From: Moniliella sp. 'wahieum'
Lineage: Eukaryota
Direction: 5' to 3'
DNA length: 64,000 bases
Assembly: GCA_003971905.1 (NCBI GenBank)
Contig: RSEE01000058.1
Coordinates: forward strand, 248,001 to 312,000
Shown here: positions 12,301 to 25,425 of the stretch, piece after piece
Numbering within the stretch: position 1 is the stretch's first letter
Layout of the letters: each line of letters starts with the position of its first letter
The notes under the pieces: model-generated
What the model saw: the letters and a program-made list of their open reading frames with translations, nothing else
What the model was told of the DNA's origin: nothing
Database searches by the model: none
Position numbers and translations under genes: made by a program

Positions 12301-15300
12301 TGTCAGCCCGGACATCGCTGATATTTTTTTTACTTCTTTTTGAAATCCGTTGTGTAGTTTTCTTGGAAGGCATCACAGCATATCACCACATGCGCAGGGA
12401 AATTCACAATGAATGGGCACCGTGCCCGTTTCATTCCCGTTAAGCAATGAGGGTGCTTCGAACCGAACACCGTCGGTCAATTTCGAGAAGGGGCCTGTCG
12501 AGGGTTTAAACACCTTTCCGGAGGAAGACGAATCCCCTTAGATTACTCGCTTTGAATAGGTTGTGCGAACCCAGACAACACGAAGACGCTCAACCATAAC
12601 ATCCAGCGTCAGTATCTGTTCTGGTGTTATTGTAACCTGCTCTGTACTTTCAGAGATACAGTGGACGAGGTTACTCACTTGTTCACATGATCATATCCAG
12701 AATGAAGGGGGAAAGCCGTCAAGAGGTGCTCGCTAATTACTCAAAATGGATGGATGTGTTCTGGTATTCTGATCCATGCCTCTCTTGGAATGCATGATGC
12801 GAGGGAAGATTTGAGCTGTTGTCAATGTTGCTAGGTGCTTCAGTCAATGGCCTGCTGGCTTTCTAAAAGGGAGAATGAGACGCAATGTGAACGAAGAGGT
12901 GGGCGCAATCTGTTCCAGCGCAAGTGTGAGGACCATCGGCAGGCATCCATATACTTGCTTCTGGGTGAACTAGAGATGAATTGGGAAGATACGTGTTGGT
13001 GAGACAAACAAGCCGATGGACAGGAGACATCGGGGATAGCCACATCAGTCCTAGTTTCAGCACCGCAACAAAAAAACCCAACAGCTGAGGCTGAGGGCTG
13101 AGAGCGAGTTGGACCTTGGATCTCGGACCTGATAAAGATAATCATCGCATGCCGGAGATGACGCAGGCCTAGCAGGGTTATATGGCCCTCGTGGACGGCG
13201 TGAGTCAGATAGAGGGATTGAGGAATGGTCCAAGATGCCACCGCGTGTAGGGGCTCTACCTAGTAATGCTATGAGAGAAGCTATCGATCAAGGCCATTAG
13301 GTGGCGGCAAGCTAGTACTAAAGACTAGGGAGCGGCGAGGGCGAAGGAAGCATTGTTGAATGTAGTGAATTAGTCAAAGTTCACATGCCCCTTGAACTCA
13401 CCGGAGGAAGGAGGAGCATCCGGGTATTATCACGGGGACTTTGCGAAAAACCAGCTCTTCTCCCTGTTCAAACTGTATCAGAAACAAAACCAATAAAATG
13501 ACAGTGACAGAGCTGGTAAGCCTGGATGAAACAGGCCCAAGGTATGACGGGTATTGTCTGACACCCCTTCTTATTTCTCTGTAATTTTTGAAGTCCATCT
13601 GCTGGGTTTGCTCGTTTTTTTGACGCTGGCCGCAACTTTCCCTTGTACTATACCGGAATGTCCTCCTGCTCATACCAATATCATAATGCTCCCTATTTAT
13701 TATTCTCCATTTCACTGAACGAGCTCAAGGCTGGGACAGGGGAATCGCTACGTGAAACCGAACCGTTCATCTTGCGCGAGTTACTCGGAAGCCCACCAAA
13801 GTTGAGGAACCAGGGAGCTTGCCAGGATATCCGAGCCTCCGGTTTTCGTCATCCGGTCCCGTACCCACTGAAGCGCGTGTGGACACGGATGAACGTGGTT
13901 GATATGCCGCAACCATTCCCATCATCAGCTCCTGAACAAATCATTTTCACCATTGCGAGAGAATGGCACTGACGTTAATTCTGTAGCAGACAATGTGTTG
14001 GGGCGTTCGATTTGACCGTGCGTGCTCTACGGCATCTATTGGCTCGCGACATATGACAATTTGGTTGGCTTGATGCCGAGCCGAGAGCTTTCCTCCTGCA
14101 AGTATTATTGAACAAGAAAAGGTCCATAAACTGACGTGGCTGCCTGCACACGAGTGCTAGATCGACGGGGCTCTCGCAACAGATACATGTGGCCCGGCTC
14201 AGGAAATTTGGAGGATCAACAACGAACATCTGAGCGCCGTGATGTGAACAATTGGAGAAATGTTAGTCCATCTTTACTTCCGCTCTTAGTCTAACCATAG
14301 CAAATGATCAAGATGCGGCCTCCAGATACTAGACAAAGTATTGCATCTAGTCAAAACTAAGGGTCCTTGGGCAATGGGCAGCGGAAAGTCAACTATCGTT
14401 CCACGGTCAGCATGAAACTGTTCGGAATCAGTTTGTTTCGCAACATATGGCAATTCAGGGGTGTATGGAATTCATAACGTCGCCATTAAGCTAATGCTGA
14501 GATGGCATGGGGAGCCAAGTCATGCGTCAGTTGAGCTTTCAGTAAAGTCACGTCCCTGCTCCAAAGATCTATCCTCTACATCTGGCTTCCTTGAATAGTG
14601 CTTGACCGATTTGCGGGAAAACTAAAGTGCTCCCCTGAGATTAAATCAGTTTTGATAGAAACAAATGAGAACGAGTGAGATCATGGCGTTGAACCTCCGC
14701 CCCTTCCAGAATGATTTCCATATCAACAATCATCATTGCCAACTATTGAGTCCGGCACGACCATTTCAGTCAACCCCCTAGCATTGGTTTTGGTGCATCA
14801 CAGTTCTGTAACCAACAGAAAAAGAAAGAGTGAAGTAGGGGTTCTGATCCAAGTCCATCTCCTTCGCATCTGACAAGGAAGATGTGACACTTCCATAGCC
14901 ATGGAAAGTCAGATGGTGAATATTCCTGTAAGTTTTTGCAACACCGCTTCAGCGTTTCTGTTGTCATCGGTGACACCTAGACTCAATCCTCAAGTGTAAA
15001 AACAATTAAACACTTCTGGCCTTCCTTTCAGCAGTGTGTTGCCTTTAAAATGATGCTAAAGGGTTCTGGTTTTCCAAGCAGCGAAAAGGCATCCCATTGG
15101 AGAGAATACCCTTTTTGGCCAGCTGAGTGCACGTCTCCCCACCTTGTCATCTTGGGCTTTTCTCCTTTCAGACGAGGTCCTCCATGGGTAGGCTGCCAGT
15201 CAGGGAGAGCTCGCCCACTCAGGACAGATATAGAGGTATCAACTCACATCAAGAGGGCCTTTGGAGGCGGACTCCTGGGGAATTAGAGGGTACTTGTTTG

Positions 15301-18300
15301 TTTGGGGCTGAGGGTGAACCCGAAAAGGGCTCTGAAGGAGGTGAGGTTTTCCACAAAATAGCAGAATGCATGTCTCTGTGCAACAAGGCAGCATAGACAC
15401 TTGTGTGGTTTCGGTAGTAGTATCAAGAGCTATCCAAACTGGAGGCGGGAAGAAAGGAAGAGGGAACCCTGTTTATCTGAGATGTGTGCTGGGATTGGAG
15501 CAGGAGCTGGTCGGGGATTGACAGTGAACTCTCAGTGGATCGAGCGCTGGAAGGCTGGAAGAGAGAGATCGCTGGATAGTAGTATGCCACAAGGCCCATA
15601 GCAGCCGCAATTATTATTTCCGTTGCAGGCGCTACCTCTTTTATCGCAAAATCCTGTATTCTATCTGGTGTCCCCTTGCGCAGGAACGCAAAATGTGATC
15701 TGCCTTCAGCCATTTATAGTCTCTCACCAGACCACTGCGGCTTGAATACATTCTTATTGTTGCATTGCAGGCGGGTCGCCTGTATGAAGAAACCCAGACC
15801 AACGCTATATGGGCTATAAGATGCATTTTGGAGACAGACGAGCGCCAACGTTTATTTTCCGTCCTCACCTCTCAACACCAGCTTCGCCATGACTCAACCA
15901 TGACTCAACCACTGTGGGGGGGACAGTTAATCAGCTGCAGAGGGTCCCCCGGCTTTTAACGTACCAAGCTCTCCCTTCAGGCCCACGTTTTGGTCCCCTT
16001 TTACTCACGGCGAACCGGAGGGGCTTGCCTCTCATCCCGGACCCAGCAGTCAAGGATATCACCGCATGGCAGGCCACACCATTACTACGGAATGTACCTA
16101 ACCGAAGGGAAGAGGTTGTCATTTCCATATCGACTGATGAATGCAGACCGTGGGGGATCTCACACGTACTCGGAAATACAGGCAAGGCTTGAAAGGGACA
16201 CAACGCAAATGATAGATGTGATGATGAAGAAAATGGGTTATAAACTAAGTGATCAGGGCGGGGATCTGTCGACGGAGATGGGAGATGCTCTCCTCTGTAA
16301 AAGTTGTGCTACACATCTTCGATCGGAATAGTTTTAATGGGAATAAAAGGCAGTGTGCAAGATGCGACTGTCTTCGCCAGGGATCGACCAGAGCGACAGA
16401 GCCCTAGAGCCGATTTGTCCGGTGTGGCCTGTTCATTGATGCCGTAAGGAAATTGTGGCTCCGACACTGCCATTTCGTGCGAGAAGATCCATACTACCGA
16501 GAACGTATCCCTTTGTGTACGAGCGTGTGCTGGCCGGTGGCGAGTCCTGCAGACTCCTTTGGTATCCTGACATCTCGAAAAGGAGATCTTATTATACCAA
16601 CACCCCTCAGTCATGGATGGAAAGAACTAGAACTCTCAACTGTACTATGCGAAGAAGACTATATATCCAAGAGGGGGGTGCAATGACTAATGACTGTTGA
16701 CATCCCTATTAATACCCCAAGAGGAAGGGGGAGGGCGTTCCAGGCATGACTTTGAGCCCCAGGCTGGGCGGGCCCGACAAAAGGGCGTGGCCCCCGCGTA
16801 GTACACGCTCACCAATTGTCCGAAGAATCACTTTTTCTCATTGTGCCCCGCTTGATGTATCTCTATTCCCTTCGTCTCATCCCCCATGTCTGCGCCCTTT
16901 CTATCCTCTTCGTTGTTGCTGCTCCACCCTATTTTTGCTCGGATCTCCACTGCAATAGAGTCCTCCTTTAGTTTACACTCCTTTTAAGCGTTCCTTAGCA
17001 TGGCCACCTTTCGATCAGTTCGCTTTTGCCCTCCTAGTCCATAGGGTGAACCTTCCCACTTCAGATCCGGACCCTAACGTGTACCCTATCCGTCAGATGC
17101 TGCCAGTCTCTGCTTGACGACCGGGAAGTCCACTTGCCACCTGGAAGGTTTAGATTTCTCGATCACTCGTTTCTATCCCCTGTAGGCCGACTCCGAGGGG
17201 TATTAGGGAAGATGACTCCGACAGGAAAGTCAGCAACTCCGGTCACAGTACCCCTGATCCTTTAGTCAACGAAGGAGGGAGAATGGTGCGGGTGTATCGT
17301 GAACTCATATGTCTATAGAAACCCAACGTACTTTTTGGGTAGAGGCTCATCCTCATCTGTGATTGTAAAGGTGTGGACCCACATCGTGTGGGGTAGAGCA
17401 TGATGCCATGGGGACAGCGTGTTGCCAAAGTCCGTTTACCACCGTTGATGTCCAACTTCCCTCCTCTCATCAGAACTTTGTAGGGGTGTCGAGAGCACTG
17501 CGTCGCCTCTGGAACGCCAAGAGGGAGCTGCTTCGGCTGCTGGAACAAGCAGAGAATGCGACAAGAACGCCAAGTATACCCGGGACGCACTCAAGAGCCG
17601 TTTTCCGCCCTGGTTTTGACGACGCAAGGACCGGCTTAAGCTTGGTGGCGCTTCCAAGCAACCCCCGCATTGAAGGTGATGAACTGTTCGGTTTACAGAG
17701 ATAGCGTTCCCCCTGTCCCAGCCTTAAAGCTTAAGCTCTGTCAATGAAATGCATTCAGAAGAAGGGTGTGGTCCGTCCCCCCCTTTTGCTGGTGCCTATA
17801 ACCATTGCACGCTTCCCAAGTTATTGATCTGTGATGAAACTTGCTTTCATCACTTGTGAGCGGAAGACACGTTCTCGGCTAGTAGTAGCAGTCTGTGCAT
17901 CTGATGCTCTCACTACTAATAACTTCAGTGTCTATATACGGCCATTTTTCCTTTAGGCGTGCTTTCATTACTAGTAATTAAAGACTTGTGGCTCATTCGT
18001 TTGTCTCCGCACCCAGGGCGGCTGGTCCCCAGTTGCACACTTTTCCCATAGGACTTCCCATACAGTATTCCCGAGTCGCACTGTAGCCCCTAAAGAGGTT
18101 AAAGTAGGGTACATTTTCCATCATCTACTAGCGAGAAAGCAACGTCTCCTGCTGGGAAAATGTCCTGTGAAAAGCGAGAGAACACCCGCTCATATGAAAA
18201 CTGTCACCTTGCCCGGAAGTTTATTTTTGCTTCATCACCATTATTTCGTGCCCTCTGATGCATGATGTTCATCCCCCCCTAACGCGTAACGCCCCCCCCC

Positions 18301-19661
18301 CCCCCCCCCCCCTATGTGGAAAGAAGGGCGAAAGAACACTCTTCTTGGCATCCAAAAATCCAGTATCCTATCCTATTGCGGCCCTTCGGAGGCTGATATA
18401 CCCGCGATATAACCCTCTTCTTTCTGCACCCCCATCAAAAGCACCAGTCCCGCTTCCATGACCATTTGCACACAGTATGCGCGTACACAATAAAGGGCCG
18501 GGGAAAAAAAACGATACACTTGTGCGTGAAAAGTCGGGGGCACGCCCATTCAGGTCATGATATGCCCCAGTCGCTCACGTCGTCCTTTTTGGTAGTCCGA
18601 CGATGTGATGCATATATACTAGGCCCGATCTCATCTCATTCCTATCCTGTGGGCTAGTGTATAGCAGCAGTTTCCTGAGCCATCTTGCACATTTGGGTCA
18701 AGACCGCCTTGTCCTACGTTTGGGAGATCGGAGAGCAACTTGGTCAATACCCGAACCACAGAGCGTCGCGACCATATCCAAGTCCAAGAGCAAGTCCTAG
18801 CTTCGTTTAGCCCTGTGGCCGTCACGGGGAGCGCTTCCTGATGCCCATCCCCCTAGGCTACCGCTCCGGCAGAAGCGTCAATCCGTAGAGGTTAGAGGAG
18901 GGCATTGAACGTGGTCCATGCGGAGGGCCAAGGCGGGCGCATCCTGTCCCCAACTCTGTCTCCAGGTGCAGATGCAGCGGGGCATGGGGGGGGGAGGGCA
19001 TCGCGACGCTGTGCTGATGGGCCCAAGATTGGCAGTGCTGAGGTTGGGTGGACGAGCGGGAGATGGAGCGCACGCACCACCTCCACGCGGAGCGACTGGG
19101 CCAGGACGGTGCTATGCTGCAGATGAGACGCTGAGCGGTGAGCTCACCGGTGACCCCCAACACAGGATGGCTACGAGCGATGATCGATGACATCACGTGA
19201 TGCGTGGCGGCAGGTGCCCGAGAGGCGGCTTGGCTTGGCTGGGGCGGACGCGTTTGGTTGGGAACATCGCCCGCTGGGCCTGAGGCTTATGAGGATGGGG
19301 AGGGCGAGGGCGAGGGCGATCAGCGGATCGATGTGCCCGTCCATCGGTGAGGTGGATGCGCCCATCCTGGCGGGGCTCTCAACTTCAAGGGGCGTCAAGC
19401 TTCAAGCTAGCGTCAAGCTCAAGCGTCAAGCTTCAAGCTCATCAGGAGGCACGGGGAGCACAGGTGATGGAGTGGGCCCACCCTCAGATCACATCTGGAT
19501 CGGTGATCCGCCCGTCCTGTCGATCACAGCTGGGCAGCCGACCGCTGAGAACAATTTGGCGGCTTGCGGCGAATATACAGAGCCACCCTGGGGTTTTTTT
19601 GTTGTGCGGCTTCCCAACCCTTCTCTTCTCCCGCCGTCCAACTTCCCGCGTCCGTCTTGGC

Positions 19662-20244
19662 ATGTCCGATCCCTGGCTCTACTTTACCCCCACCAGCGAC
19701 GCCGAGGCGCAGCAGGCGCTCGTCCTCTGTGCCTCCGCCATCCTCGAGCGCGCCCGCACCCTCCTCCCGCTCATCCCCCCCGGCGGCCTCACCTTCCCCT
19801 CGCGCCTCCTGCCCGCCAGCACCGTCGGCAAGCACCTGCGCCATGCGCTCCTCCCTTTCTCCAGCTCACCTCCACCGCTCTCCTCGACGAGGCCGTGGTA
19901 GACTACGACTCCTCCCTGGCCCACGCAGGCTCGAGTGGGACCTTGCCGCGTTGGAGGAGACGCTGGTGCAGGTCCACAGCGCAGTCCTTGCCCTCGCCCC
20001 CCGCCTGCAACAGCAGGTCGAGGTGCATGCTACCACGCCCATCCGCCAGACCCTGCACTCGTCCATCGGCAGGGAACTCTGGTTTGCTGCTCTTCACGCC
20101 CTCCACCACTACACCTCCATCCGCACCATCCTGGCTGGAGAACTTCATGTCCAAGGCATTGACCCCGACTTTGACTTTAACCCCGCTACCCTCCGCCGGC
20201 GCGAAGAACACCGAGATTCTCTTTCCCGCCGCGCCCGGCTCTAG
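19662..20244 (+). CDS. DinB/YfiT-superfamily protein with C-terminal PTS1-like ARL; two indels
   Basis: Stitched peptide: STVGKHLRH ... VVDYD ... SSIGRELWFAALHALHHYTSIR ... DFDFNPATL ... RRARL*. H(x)n...HxxxH layout is typical of DinB-like four-helix proteins. Confidence 0.7.
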
Positions 20245-20538
20245 TTCCAAGTGTCTGTGTGCCTCCGCCATCCTGTTCCGCCCCGTCCTGTCTGGTCCTG
20301 TCCCGTCCCATCCTGTCCCATTCCATCGCCTCTTTCAGAAGTTTCTCCGCCCTCCGTCGGGATGATTGTCGCCCCCCCCCCCGTCTCACTGTCACCTTGT
20401 CCGGTTGTTACCTTGGCACCTAACCCCTACAGGAGGTGGCCATCAACTCCATGATACCCTGCATCGCGATGGGACGGATGGTCAATCAACAAAAAAATTC
20501 ATAGCAAACAGGTCCCGCGCACCCCGTTGCTTGAGTGA

Positions 20539-23500
20539 CTAGTACCCGCGATGCACCAAACGTCCCCCGCCCGAGCCGAACGGATGGGCTGGGAGCGGTG
20601 GACGAGGCGGCGACAACATGGCAGCCAACATTTCTGGATCCTCTTCCTCCCCTGCAGTGGCCGAGCCGGGGAAGGTCACCTCATCTTTGGTACCAGAGGA
20701 GGGATCGGCGCCTGAACCTGAATGACCCCCAGGATGTTCAATGGGCGTAATCTCCTCGGGGTCGGGGTCGACCAGTGAGGCTGCCCGCACAGGATCCAGC
20801 TCCCTCAACGTCAGGTATGCCCGTAGGGCCCTCTCCACCTCAGCATCGCGCTTGCCATCGCAAGTTCCGTTTCGGCGTCCCACTCTGCCTCCGAATCCCA
20901 CCGCTCCTCCCACGGGCCATCGACCAATCTGCGCAACCGCTCCCACAGACCGCCCTTGGACAAATCGATCACCACCCCTCCTTCAGGGGAATGGGTCACG
21001 CCTCCGGATTTGTCCGCCTGTGCCTCATCCTCCGCCTCCGCCTCCTCGTGCAGCTCATCGTACAACGCCGGATCATCCTCTGGGAAACACACATCCTCTT
21101 CGGGGTGTGGGTCCAGTTCACATTCATCGGCTTCCTCCAGGGGCGGGTGCACCTCCTCCGCCCCCTCCTCATTTCCCTGGCCGACAAGACCGATCCCCTG
21201 AGCGATGCGGTGAAGCTCGGAGGCAATCCGTTTGATTAGCGCAAGGTCCTTGTCGTACTTGTGCACAGCCAGCAGTGCATGTTTCTGTACGTTGGTCATG
21301 CCCCCCGTCGCACCCCCTTCACCGCCAAAGTAGGCTTCGCCACTTGCTTGCTCGTCCAACTGGGCTGTTGCGTCTTGCTCTTCCTGATCGTCCCTAGGGG
21401 CTTGGCGCGGGTCGGCCCATTGCGGTTCCCAAAAGTGCTCGGAGCCGGAGCCGGGAGGTACCCACTTGCCCCTACGAGGCACGAGGAGGGGATGCCCCTC
21501 TGTCGTAAATACATACTCGTCCAGAGAAATGTGAGAAGGCGGGGAAAAGAGGAGGTAATAGTACTTGAAGGTTTCGGCAAACACAAACGATTCCATCGTG
21601 TCCTGCTGGACCACCGGTACCACATTCACGTCCTGTACGTGCGCAAACCCGACGGGCGTCATAGCATGGTGCACCCACGACGCAAACATTTGCCATCCCC
21701 GTTCTTGCCAGATGTAATCGCCGGTAAGACGGTACATGTACAACACCGACTCGATCGTCTCGGGCCGACCCTTGTACTCTTTGCCGGTACGTTTTACGCC
21801 AATTTGCGGGTTGCCGCGCGGTTGTTCGGTTTCTGCTTGGAACCGATCGCGGTCCGTGGTGCGGAAAAAGGTGACATCTTCCGGCCCAAGTCCGGAAAGG
21901 GTCGCATTATATGACCAATAGCACGTTTCGGTCAGTCGTTGTGCTGCTACCAAATCCTCTCGCTCTCGTTCGGGCAACAGCTTGGCGCCCAGTCCCAGCA
22001 TGCCACCCGAAAAACAAGCGAGGTGCTCGAGTGTGAGGCTCAGACCGCCTTGTGGGCCATGTGCCTGGCCGACCACTAACAACGAGGTCCCCGGCACCGT
22101 TTTGATTTCGGCAAAGTGAGGTATGAGCGTCTCGAACGGCCGCCGCATACGTTTTGCCATACATGTCCACCCGCCCTCCCGTGATGTAGTGCGCCTTGAT
22201 CAGATACTCGTAGTAGGAATCGGCCATGCCGCCAAATGTATATGCGCCACTGGAGCCACTGCTTTCGGGACGAAGGTAGGTGGGCAGTAAACTCCCCGTC
22301 TTGGCCCGTCCGCCATTTATTGGCTTGGGGAGGGAAATGTTGTGGGCGAGCCAGTCGGCGGTACGCTGAACGGCAGTAAAGTAGGTCAGGTTACCCGTCA
22401 CCATCCAAAGGCGGGTGAATTCAACGACCAAGCTGCCCGCCTCGGCGAGGATGACGGTGCCAGCCGGGCCTGGGCGGACGGGGTGGCCGAGCTTGAGTCG
22501 GCCGAGAGGCACGCCACTAAATGTGGAGAACGCCGGAAGGAGCTGGGCCAACTCTTCGGCGCGATGGAGCATGAGCTGGTCGCCACTCAAGTCGTATGCG
22601 GCCAGCAGGCCACCCAGATACCGGATTGCCGTTTCAAACACGGGGATGCGGCCATCGGCTTGGCCATACGCGCTCCGCGCGCCACTCACTAGGGTAAAGT
22701 CAATGTCCCGCACGTGCTGGCGGGCATAGGCATACTCTCGGGGAAGACCCATGACCAACAAGGTGTCCAGCGCATCCACCACTGACGCGCCCCACCCATT
22801 GAAAGGGTCGGAGCTGCTGTTTGAAAGCGGACGCAGCTCATCGTGGCCCCACGCATGGGCCTTGTACCCCTCCCAGGCGCGGATAAACGCATTGCGCACC
22901 ATGCGCTGGCGCCACGCCGTCCTGCGTTCCCGTCCGGGCGACAAAAGGCCACCGCCATAGCGTGTGGGATGGGGGAATGCATATTGTACCCGTGGCAGGG
23001 GAGGGCGTGGGGTACTGAGCTGCTCAAGCGGGGGACGCCAGCCCTGGTAGGCACTGCCAGCGCGAAAATCTTCCCCCTCTGGCTGCTGCTGGCGGAGCGG
23101 GTAGGAAGCATGCTCAAACGCGGTGCGGCTGCCGTTGAGCAGCGGATCCCATCGGGGCGATTGCCACAGGTGAGCCGGGATGGGCCCTGCGGGCTGCGGG
23201 CGGGGAGGGGGACGAGAAGGAGGCGGGTGTTCGAGGAGGTGGAGGAGGTGCGGGGGCAACTCGCCTTGGTGCGGATTTTGGCCTGGTGGATACACGGGCG
23301 GGACTACGCCAGGCGCCAGGGCCGGCGGGAAGGCATTGGCGCTGAGCGGCGGCACATCCGACACGTGTGATGCCAGTTCCGGGTCAAAGGCGAGGGGGTA
23401 CGTCGCCCGCGGCGGAGCCGGTGCTCCGCCGGCGGAACGGGCGCGAAGAGTGGGACCAGCAGGCAGATGGGCACAACGAGACACGCGAGCACGCTCAGCG

Positions 23501-23633
23501 CGGTGCTCCACACGTTCTGCCCTGGTCGCGCGGGTGGGCGGGGAATGATGGTGCTGGTGCGGGTGCTGGTGCTGGTGCTGGGGGTGGAGGCTCTGCGGCT
23601 TTTAGTTGGGTGGTGAGGGGGAAGGGTCGGCAT
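20539..23633 (-). CDS. Glycoside hydrolase family 47 (class I alpha-1,2-mannosidase), type II membrane protein with acidic C-terminal extension; indels
   Basis: N-terminal TM (ALSVLACLVVPICLLVPLF), AWGHDELRP, GWGASVVDALDTL, FETAIRYLGGLL, LAEAGSLVVEF, GGMADSYYEY, RPETIES, MESFVFAETFKY, TTEGHPL. Confidence 0.95.
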
Positions 23634-23852
23634 CCTCTCGCCACTTCCACGGCGATGCGGGAGCAGCGACCATGGCCGTCGTCGTCGTCGTCGACGGGAA
23701 GCGCACCCACGGCGTTTGGAGAATGGCTCAGATTGCGAGATAATGGAGGCCCTATTATTTTCCACGTGGCCGCGCCTGACGTAACCGCACGTGATGGTGG
23801 TGGTGGCCGGTCCCACACCGCCGCCACCACCACCACCATCACGCTCGACTCA

Positions 23853-25425
23853 ATGCTGGGCAGCCTGCATGCGCTGGCCGATGCCTGCCTCGTCTCGCCC
23901 TCCGCAGAGAGCCTCGACACGCTCGCGACACGCATCCGCTCCGATCCCACCCCGCCGCCGCCAGCCTCCCGCGCCCCTGCGCCACCAGCTCGCCACCGCT
24001 CTCCTACACGCCGCCCCGCCGCCGCCCCGGAGTGCTGCACTTGCGTTGCTCAAGGAGCTGACACGCTTGCCCCAAGGGACTTCCCCGCTCGCCAATTCCG
24101 ATGCCATCGACATCCTCATTCGCGACACCTTGCCTCTTACCCGCCCCGACCCCCTGGAGAGCGACTGGGTCGTGGCCGATGGCGCCCTCCGCATCTTGAA
24201 CAACATCCTCCTCCTCCACCCCGATGCCCGCGCCCACCTTGCCCCGCATGGCCCCCATTTCTTTTGCATTTTTCCGCCTCCACATCCACCCTCGAATCCC
24301 AGGGGGAGCCGGCAGATCCAGATACCCTCCAACCCAAGGCTCTCGAGGCGCTTTTCCTGGCCGCTCGCATCCTCTTTCTCGGCACAGTGCACGATTCCTT
24401 CTCGCCTCCACACTCATCCACGACCTACCTACTTTTACTCGCACCCTCCATGCGCTTGCCCACCTTCCCAGCGGGCCGCGGGACGTACCCCTGTCCGAAT
24501 GTCTCCGATTGCTGTTCAACCTCTCTCTCCACCATCCTGACGCGGATTGGACCCCGCTGCTGTACCTGGTCGCCGACCTCATCCCTGGCTTGACGGTGGG
24601 GCTCAAAAAAGGACAGGTTGTCGCACCGCTCAGCTCAGCAGTCAATGCACTGCTCAACCTTCCCCTGGCCTCGCTCCCGTTGGAAGATGGGGTGCCCAAG
24701 GTACTCCCGAGCGTACTTCTCTTGCTCGAGCAGGCCCTTGTCCGGTACTTTGCTTTGGACCCATCGGCGTTGCGTGCGGCATCCCCACGAGTGCATGGGA
24801 AGAAGATGGGTTGCCGTCGGATGGCTTGGTTCCACTCTTTTCTCTAGTACGGCAATTAGCGTTACCCCGTCTTCGCACGCCTATATCAAGCACCGCTGGT
24901 TCCCCGCTACATTGGACCGTAGTGTGCCATTACGGGATGGGACGGGGTACCATGCGATCTTGGTGCGTCTCTTGGCCGATTCGAACCACATGGCAGCGGT
25001 GGGGGGCATGCTGCTTGTTGTGCTCGACGGGCCGCAGGGATTGGTCGACACACTCGGGTACGGGGCCAGTGCTGGCTTCCTCCTTGCGGCCGGATTGGCC
25101 GGGGGTGGTGCCGGGTCTGAACACCGAGGGGACGGGGATCGATCCGATCACAGCGGCTGCGCCACTTGCCTCGCAGGGCGGGGTGGGGGGCACGGGCATG
25201 TCGGAATCCGAAGCGGCGGAGGAGGCGGCACGGGTGATGGGCTGCTGACCAACTGAACCAAACGGGCGTGGTCTCTGTCGATACGCAAGCCATCCGGGCC
25301 GAGGGGAGAAGAGGCACGAAGCGTGGGAGCAGGAGGAGGCGCAGCGCGTGGAGGAAGAGGATAGGAAAGAGGAGGAAGAGGCTCTGCGGGAGTTGCAAGC
25401 GTACAAGGATCGCAAGCGGGCCTAA
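23853..25425 (+). CDS. RIC8: Ric8/synembryn G-alpha GEF and chaperone, divergent; indels
   Basis: ARM-like helices (ALRILNNILLL, LFLAARILFL, LSECLRLLFNL, AVNALLNLP), LDRSVPL, LVDTLGYGASAGFL, IDPIT, MSESEAAEEAARV: variants of Ric8 GYGNAAG / INPITG / MTEEEKEREA motifs. Stop TAA 25423-25425. Confidence 0.82.

Larger units (their letters stand above)
6310..19300. other. Lower-GC region with no recognisable conserved genes (degenerate repeats, candidate centromere, or orphan genes)
   Basis: No ORF with a recognisable domain; visibly less GC-rich than flanking genes; 4 CpG vs 11 GpC counted in 14761-15060; contains the solo LTR and the tandem duplication. Confidence 0.6.

Noticed and set aside
12611..12622. 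U2 snRNA (AGTATCTGTTCT)
   Set aside because: Only 12 nt match; the U2 5' stem and Sm site are absent.
16669..16977. Polypurine tract plus second LTR
   Set aside because: Termini imperfect, no TSD, and no recognisable pol or chromodomain upstream.
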